Part shown: positions 56,145 through 64,000 of the stretch, piece by piece
Layout of the letters: every line of letters starts with the position of its first letter
Position numbering within the stretch: the stretch's first letter is position 1
Virus record (IMG/VR): IMGVR_UViG_3300025117_000042
Location: 39,541 to 103,540 of that record
Direction: 5' to 3' (one strand)
Length of the DNA: 64,000 nt
From: a virus
Translations under genes and position numbers: made by a program
The notes under the pieces: model-generated
What the model was told of the DNA's origin: nothing
Seen by the model: the letters and a program-made list of their open reading frames with translations, nothing else
Database searches by the model: none

Positions 56145-59100
56145 AAAGAAAGCCGCAGCAAATGGGCATTCTATTACATTTATACGTCGAGGATACTCTG
56201 AGGGAGGAGTTCATTCTGTAATGATATGTGAGCATTGCTGGCTCATGGGTAATGCTTATGAGAAGCCGCCTAAAGGTGCAGCTTATATCTTTGGTGGAGT
56301 GCTAAATTGGGGCTGTGACAAGAATATAGTGGGGAAATAACCATGCCAACATACCAGACACAAGGAGTAGTATTTGCAGTGGTGGATCAGGCCGGTAACG
56401 TATGCAGCACCATTACTACGGATAAGAACGAGGCATGGACTAGCTTCTTTCGAGGTGTACCACATGGTATGGATCAGAAAGAAGCTATTAGAGCATATTC
56501 CTCTGTTGGATATAGGTTGGTTGAGTTCAACCTGAGTGAGTATGATCTATTAGAATCAATTGTAGGCAATCTCACGTATGCTACGTTGAAAGCCATTCAA
56601 AAAGATCTGCAATATGCTGTTTCAACACAGTTTTTTCCGCAAGCACATGATGCTGTGTCATATATTAACAGCTTTATAGACACTAATTTCGAAGAGGAGG
56701 AATAAAAAGAAAGGGGAATAGTTATGGGATTTATCATCGGTTTGCTAATAGGCTACTTCGTGATAGGTAGGCTGTGGGAGAAGAAGGAAGATCAGCTTAC
56801 GGATCTACAGAACACAGTGAATGAACTGCTTGAACGAGTTACATCACTGGAGAGGGTTATAAAAAATGATACGCATGTTTAAGATCTTGAAACTTGTGAT
56901 GGAGGGTTGCGCGGGGATAGCTATCCTTGCCCTGGTTATGGGTGTAGCTTGTTTGATATTACAAAGTGTAGAAGTAGCTGGTTTACTTGTGGAAATATCA
57001 TTCATGGTGGGCTTGTCAACCTTTGTATGCTGGGAGATGATCGAAAAGCTGGAAAAAAGGTATATTAAACTTCAGGAGGATGAAAAGAAATGAAAACTGT
57101 CGAGACACTGCAAGCCAAGATCAGCCAGCTGAACCAGGAGCTGAAGAGAGTAAAGGAAGAGCTGGATGATATTACAACAATTAAACCTGAGCATATCGTG
57201 GCAGGGGCTGTGTTTTTTGTACCGGGTAGTGGTGCTTATGTTATTGTTTCCGATGCAGTGTGGGATTCTAGGGATGAGGCAAAGCGATATATCTTCACTG
57301 GACTTAAAGGTGCTAATAGATCTTACTCATTGGATGTAATGACCAGAGCACAGATGTACAATTATATAATAGAACGTGGCTACGTTCGCAAGCCTAATCT
57401 GAAGGTTGTCGTGATTGACACAGAAACAGGCAATGAAGTGAAGCTGTAATTGCATAAATGTCATAATACAAAAAGGACAGAAATTGATGGATAAATACAG
57501 ACTGAATGAGTTGCGAAAGATGAGAGTCGAGGACAGAGTGATGCTTGCAGCTGTGGAGTGGTGGGAAAGCAAAAGACCTATTACATACACAGAAGCAGAG
57601 CATTTTAGTAATCCAGCAGTGAACACAGCAAGTAGTTGGGAGAATGAGTTAGCACACGCAGTAGCTGATATGTTGTCTATTAGATAAGTGTTATGTCATG
57701 TGGTTCACTAATACATAAGAAAGGATATTAGACAATGAACACAGACCTCATCATATCTGCAATCCTCCTACTTGTCCTGTTTTTCGCAGTGTTTACCCAT
57801 ATTTTCCCGGTATGTTCCATATGTAATAGGGTGAAGTTCTTCATGGAGGGACTTAATGTAATATCAGATACCAAAGAAGAGTTGGAGTGGCAGTGCAATG
57901 AGTGCCGAAAGGAGCAGTAAGATGAGAGAGCTAGTGTTTGTTAACAAAGAAACAGGTGTAGAAGTAAAAGATGAGAATCTATGGGTGAATAACAAGTTCC
58001 ACGTAGTAAGAATGATAGCTGGAAGAGTAGTAGAGGATTGCGTTTGCCTGGAGGCGATATGCAGGAATTCATAGTCCTCTGGTTTATTATAACAGCTAAG
58101 GCATTCGTGGGTTGCTTGGGTGTAATCGCAGCATCCTATATCTATGTGAGGATAGCAGAAAGGAGAAATGATGATAAAGATTGAATCCTGGGAACAAGCT
58201 CTTGACCTATTAGAACGCAACTATGATCCTAAAGGTTACTTGAAGAAAGAGGAGCAGGACTACTTACAGCGTTACTGTCCTCTGTGTAATATGACGGATC
58301 GTGTAGCAGAGCATCATGGCTGTGGAGATTGCTTGTGGTGGAAGTACGAAGGGAGTGAGTGTCCCGATGGATATACTACTATCAGAATGTTTCCTGGGAG
58401 CTTTCCAGAGAAAGCTCAAAAAGCCCTGGAGCGCATAAAAAGGTGGAGAGAAAACCTGAAAAGGGAGAAGTGATGGGAGAGATAACGTTAGCAGCAATGA
58501 CGATAGGAGCTGTGCTGGTGGTTATAGCATCAATGGGCCTATGGGATCAAAAGAAAGGAAAAAAGTATATGTGGATAACGAGAAAAGAACTGGATAAGAA
58601 ACTGTTAAATAGCATAGATAATGTATTTGACTTCTTCAAAGCGGAATTAAAAGAGAGGGATGAAGCAATAAAGGAATTGAGGGAGAGGATAGATAAGCTG
58701 GAGAGAGCTGCAAATATATTGGTGTATTCAGAAAGTGAATTACCAGCTTATATGTCAGTGTTTGGCATATACAAGCACAGGATATCAGTGGCTGAGGTAT
58801 TGGAAAGGGTGCTGGAGAGGTTAAATTTGCGGTTGGTTAGGCATGTGGCAAGGGAGCACATCGACCTGGAGAGTACAGCCAAAGATGACAAGTGTTCCTG
58901 CCTGGGAACGGATGTAAGCTGTAATTGTAATAAAGAAGATCTTGTAGCTCAGTGTAAGCCTATAAAGGGGAATAAGCCATGAGATTAGGGGGCATGTCAC
59001 TTATGTATTATACATTGTATACAACAACTGACTTTGTATACATGGATGGTGGGCTGCAATATGAGAATGCCTGGATGCAGTTTATACGTAGAGAGCAGAG

Positions 59101-62100
59101 GGATATGCTTAGATTAAGTGAGGGGGAGGGGCATGTTATAATATACAGAGAGTCGAATTGGGAGGATGACATTCATTCTGTCTATATCAATACCCTGGAT
59201 GATGCTATTAGACTAAAGGAATCGTTGCAGAAGCTGATATTCAGGCTACAGCAGAGAGATAAATGATGATTTACACAAGGTATATATTAGCATTTCTGCT
59301 TGCAGTTGTAGGTGGCATAGCTGTATATGTTACGCTCAGAGTGAAAGATTTTAAGTTCAATAATAAACTGTTCAATGTTTCTTTTAGGATTGATGCAGAT
59401 GGTTATATGTACTCCAACAAGAATGTACATCCTTTGGGGTTAATGTTCTTCATTTCGTATTACTATATTAAAAAACAGTTAAGAGGTAGAAATAATGGCT
59501 AATAAAAGAGTGATATGTAGTAGATCTGCTGAGTGTACTGTGGCTGGGGTTGTTGATTGCTTACACTTGGGGGAGCACTATCATGCATCAGCTTGTAGTA
59601 GTCCCTACTGTGATATTTTGGAGAAGCCCTGCAAGTGTCATAATATAACAACAAAGAAGGGACAAGCAGTATTGAGTGATATAAATAATCAGGGAATGCA
59701 AGATCCAGTTGAAGCAGCTGTAGTGCAGGTTCTGGAGACTCAAGCTGAGTTCGATCAAGCTCTGTACAATATGGTTCAGCGTATGAAGGCAAAGCGGATT
59801 GTGAGCCTGATAAAAGCCCTGCATGCTGAGGTTGTTATTAATAAAAAAGGTGGGAACAAAGTCAAATGGATGGCAGACGAGCTGAAAGAGCTATTAGCTG
59901 TTTGCAGGGTGGAAGATTACATAAACGAGGTGGATTTATGACAAAACGGGTATTAGCTTCAAGTAGGCTTACAAGTTATTTCAATGAAGACGAGCATAAA
60001 ACAAAAACGGTAACGGTGCTGTTCTGGTCTGATGGATCAGTTACCTGGATAGAGGAATAGTATGCATAAAAATGCTGTAGATTATGATCTGGCAAGGGGT
60101 GTTGATAACAGGTTTGGATCTAAATCGGGTTTGCCACGTGACCCTAAAGATTACGTCCCTGAAAATCGACCTTGTGATTGGTGCGGAGGGATAGTGAAAA
60201 AAGGGTATATACATAATGAGTGTTTGGGTAAGGAAGCTGATTCGTGGCTGGATATTTTGTATTAGATAGGTTGACATGTACAAAAACGGTGATAATCTAT
60301 TATAAGAGGGTAACACAAGGAGCCTAATATGCCAAATCATGGCCTGGATTGTGGATGCACGTATGCAGATTTGGAGCCAGTAGCAATGATTGAGAGCGGA
60401 GTATATACGTTTATATGCAGGAAACATGGGATTGTATATTATACACGTAACCCTCAGTCTATATTGAATGCAGGTAAGACATGGCTGGACAGCCTAGCTC
60501 ACAGCTGCTGAAAGGGGAAATGATGGAATTTGCAACCTGGGAAGAGGCACTTGATCTATTAGAACGTAACTATGCGGGGGATGAGCTTACCGACGAGGAG
60601 CGGGATTTCCTGCATTACGGCTGTCCTCTTTGCAAGTGTGAGGATGAGTCATTGCCTAAATCAAAAGCAGTAGAAGCTCCAGATGAGACTTGTGCAAGGT
60701 GTCTTTGGTTGCTGTTCGAAGGCAAGGGCTGCAATGATGATATGACCTATTTTCGAAGAGTATGTATTAGAGAAGATCCCCTGGATTTTGTTGATGATGC
60801 AGAAGAGGCTCTGGAGCGGATTCACAGATGGCAAGGTTTGTTGAAAGAACTTAGATCGAAATAGGGGGATATAAGCTATGAGTGATGCATTGAATCAGTT
60901 GCTCCTGGGAGCTGCCTGTGGTGCTGGTGCTTACCTGATATTCTTGTTTATTATAGTAATCCCGGTAATCAAATTCAAAGCTTACTTGGAAAGGAGCAAA
61001 AGATGAAAAAGGTAGTCTTTCAAATTGAGGAGTCTGTAGTAGAGGCTGACGAGCTTACAGAGCATGATCTGGTAATATGTAACGATGATGTAGAGCGGGA
61101 ATACGGCATCCTGGGAGTGAACGCTAAGAAGTATGTATTTTGGGCTCCTTATACAGAATCTGTGATACATCAATCTGAAGAAGGGGAGACTCTATTAGAC
61201 TTCCTGAAAGCTGTACATAAGTCTGATGCCAACGTAGAGCTTTTGTACTTCAGCTCTGGTCGGGAGCTGGTAGATTGGTTGATAGAAAGGGGATGATCGG
61301 ATGTTACGCTATGCCGACATGAATTCCAAAGATCCAATATGGGTAGTACGTAGAGCGGAGTTTACCCTTTATGCTTGTCCATACTGTTGGAACACTAGGA
61401 TCAGACCACACCATCAATGTTGTTTAAGATGTGGTGGCTTTCTACGCTGGCATGAAGTACCGGATGAGGATGGTTGTATATTTGAAAGGAGCTATTAGAG
61501 TGAAAACGAGATGTGTTTTGACTGATAGTTGTAGTATCACTGAATGTAGTCACTATGGTTTACATGAATATACTTTAGGTTGTGACTCAGATTGTGGGAA
61601 TAGGGGTCGCCCTAAAGATGGTGTAGGTGTTTGTCAAAAGGAATTAACAAAAGCTGAAGAAGCTCCACCGTTGGGTATTATACCTAGAAAGCTATGGCAA
61701 GAGCAACGTATGGTTGAGCTATCTAACTCTATTCAACGGTATCTAATAGCCAATAAATACTCTGATTGTCTATTAGAGTGGATAGACGAGCTAGGTGATA
61801 TGGTAAGGGAAAGGGCTAAACATGAAAGTCACAGCTGAGCAAAAGAAAAGAGTGTTTGAACCAATCAAGATAGAGATTGTAATAGAAGATGAGTTTGAGC
61901 TTAACAAGCTTAATCAGGAGTATGATACATTGCAGAAATATGTTCCTGGTATACTGCTGCCGAGGGATAGTATAAACTCAGATTCTAACTTGAGTCTTAT
62001 ATTGCATAGAGTCATGCAAGCTGTAAAGTTTGTTAATAAACAAAACACTGAGAGGTAATCTATGAACAATGGCGAGTGGGATAGTGAAGTACTAGGCAAT

Positions 62101-63975
62101 CCGATGACTGAATGTATCTGTGGTCATGTTAGATCTGAGCATGGCTATATCCTGGGGGCGAAAGGTAAAGGTAAGTGTACTCAGTTCCACTGTCATTGTA
62201 ATAGATTTATAGCGAAAGGAAAAAACCATGAGCACAAGTTTGAACCTGTGTAAGGTGATTGAGGAATATAACGACGATAATGGTGAGCTGATAAAGATCA
62301 GTAAGAGTATTACGGCAATAAGACAGCTAATAGAAATCTATGAGTGGAACAAAGGATCTACTGACGATAAGGAAGGCGAAGACTGTTTTGTACAGATAGT
62401 TTGTCCGTTGTGCAGCGTTGATAATAGATGCCGTTGTTGTCCTGCTCAGGCATTTATCATTTCCTCTTACGATGTGCCATATAGTTGTATTGCGAAAGAA
62501 GAAAGGTATCACTCTGTAGAGGCTTGTAGGGATCGGATTGACGAGCTTGTTATATTATACAACCTTTACCTTGTGGCAGGGATTATGCAGGGTGATCTAT
62601 TGTGCGAGGTGTAACCATGTTTACTGTAGACGCAGTAATAGTCTGGTTCGGCAAGCTTTTTTATAAGGAGAAGAGGACTTACAAGGTTTTCGGGTATACA
62701 TACCTTGTGAGGGAAGTAATTTTCGAGGTGGAGCGTTATGAAAAAGTATAGTGCTCTAATGCTGTGCTGCTGTGAGTCGTGTTTGCGCTATGAGATAGAT
62801 CGAATGTTAGGGCATTTGTATGGTCACTATATCCCATTCGGTCAACCTGTGTATGAAGTAATAGAAACTTCGTGCTGTACTGTAACTTTCATGCTGGAGT
62901 CTAGCAGATTACGAGGGCTGAGGTTCGATGCTGTAACAACTTGCGGTAACTGTACTGAGAAAGCTATGGATATAGCTGCTACGCTAAGGAGATAAACAAT
63001 GATATTATACTTTATAACGCTGATAGCCTGGGCATGGATAGTTATAGCTCTCATGTCCTTTTACTTGATCGTACAACACAATATGAAGTGGGAGCTTTTC
63101 CCGTTGAGACAGCTTAAGCTTGCACCAAATAAGCTGTTTGCATTCATACTGTCAGTACTTTGGCTTGTTGTCTATTACACATATTAAGGGGTACACAATG
63201 ACAGAGATTGAAGTTTACCAGTGGATCGCAAATTTGGATCTGGAAGGGGATGCAGGATGTTATGAGTGTAGAGCCTTACAGAAGAGGGTTCTAGCATTTG
63301 GGTTGAGCGAGGTAGCCAAGTACACAGGCTCTATCTGTGTAGGGGTGTTGGATATGCAGCTTAAGCTTGCTGAGGTAGAGAAAGTTAGGAATGTTACTAT
63401 CAGGTATGCGAATTTAAGCATTGATGGGGATAGAGTGGTAGGGAGGACTATCGGATGCTGGCAATGTGCTATGTATCAGGTTTTGGATGAGCAAGCTTTG
63501 CAAGATTATATTAAACAACTTGAAGAGGATCTTGCACAAGCCAGGATACTAAATCATACAGTGTTCGGAGCAAGGAGAGCCTTGGAGCATGGGTATGGTA
63601 TCACCAGGAGCGGTCATGCTTATCCTTTGGGAGGTATGCATGTCTGTACTGAACCAGACTGTCCTGCAAGGGTAGAGGGGGAGCTGAATAATGGATGATA
63701 AGCTGAGATTCTACTACAAGATGAGCGAGGAGCGGTACAACGAGATATTCAAGAAAAAGGAACCGACTACAGATGAGCTGTTGGAGCGGTTTAAGCGGGG
63801 AGAGCGTATACATACAAAGCATTCCTTGCACTCCGAAGAGAGGACCGATCTGAATTGTGTTCATCAGGGAAACTGGCGTTGCATCCTCTGTGACGGAGAT
63901 GAAGATGTAATAGAATGTTTTTTCTGTGGTAAACAGCTGTTGGTACGTTGTAACTTCGATGATGAATATGCATAG
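56110..63975 (+). CDS. Accessory region of ~30 small ORFs, many Cys-rich or single-TM
   Basis: Consecutive + strand ORFs of 40-200 aa with SDs; no recognisable families. Confidence 0.5.
58168..58473 (+). CDS. Cys-rich protein, paralog A
   Basis: WE.ALDLLERNY...CPLC...C..CLW...EG..C...ALERI.RW. Confidence 0.7.
   Translation: MMIKIESWEQALDLLERNYDPKGYLKKEEQDYLQRYCPLCNMTDRVAEHHGCGDCLWWKYEGSECPDGYTTIRMFPGSFPEKAQKALERIKRWRENLKREK
60271..60298 (+). promoter_or_regulatory. Sigma70-type promoter (putative)
   Basis: TTGACA-16-TAATCT with TGn, in an intergenic gap. Confidence 0.45.
60520..60864 (+). CDS. Cys-rich protein, paralog B
   Basis: Same motif string as 58168-58473. Confidence 0.7.
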   Translation: MMEFATWEEALDLLERNYAGDELTDEERDFLHYGCPLCKCEDESLPKSKAVEAPDETCARCLWLLFEGKGCNDDMTYFRRVCIREDPLDFVDDAEEALERIHRWQGLLKELRSK

Positions 63976-64000
63976 AAAGGGGTATGTATGAGAGAGACAC

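Noticed and set aside
1-64000. CRISPR array, integrase, transposase, rRNA or canonical tRNAs
   Set aside because: None found by eye; the only T-arm-in-cloverleaf context is at 32046-32062.
1-64000. Apparent excess of AGCT
   Set aside because: Plausibly explained by preferred GCT (Ala) and CTN codons after A or G; it cannot be separated from codon bias without computation.

Overview
This window is 64 kb of a large lytic myovirus genome with a Herelleviridae/SPO1-like gene repertoire. A lipoprotein in the lysis cassette suggests a diderm host. Essentially all genes lie on the + strand. Gene order: virion accessory and neck genes (1-5.4 kb); contractile tail and baseplate with a 1882-aa triple beta-helix spike (5.5-25 kb); lysis (25-26.7 kb); replication (26.8-31.8 kb); an early island driven by a duplicated promoter (31.8-35.3 kb); a split family-A DNA polymerase, nucleotide enzymes and recombination genes (35.4-49.7 kb); terminase subunits (49.7-53.1 kb); and a dense run of small accessory ORFs including an RNA ligase (53-64 kb). 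Best novel candidates: (1) a 141-nt tRNA-shaped ncRNA at 31930-32070 whose anticodon arm carries a 66-nt hairpin, preceded by a boxA-like element and flanked by two copies of a ~62-bp promoter/operator; (2) the heptamer CTAWTAG, found at least 65 times across the window; (3) a recurrent RKAK/RKSK peptide motif, plus KGKGK tails, shared by unrelated DNA-transaction proteins; (4) a Mu-type -2 frameshift candidate in the tail chaperone. All functional calls come from motif recognition by eye; no database searches were run.
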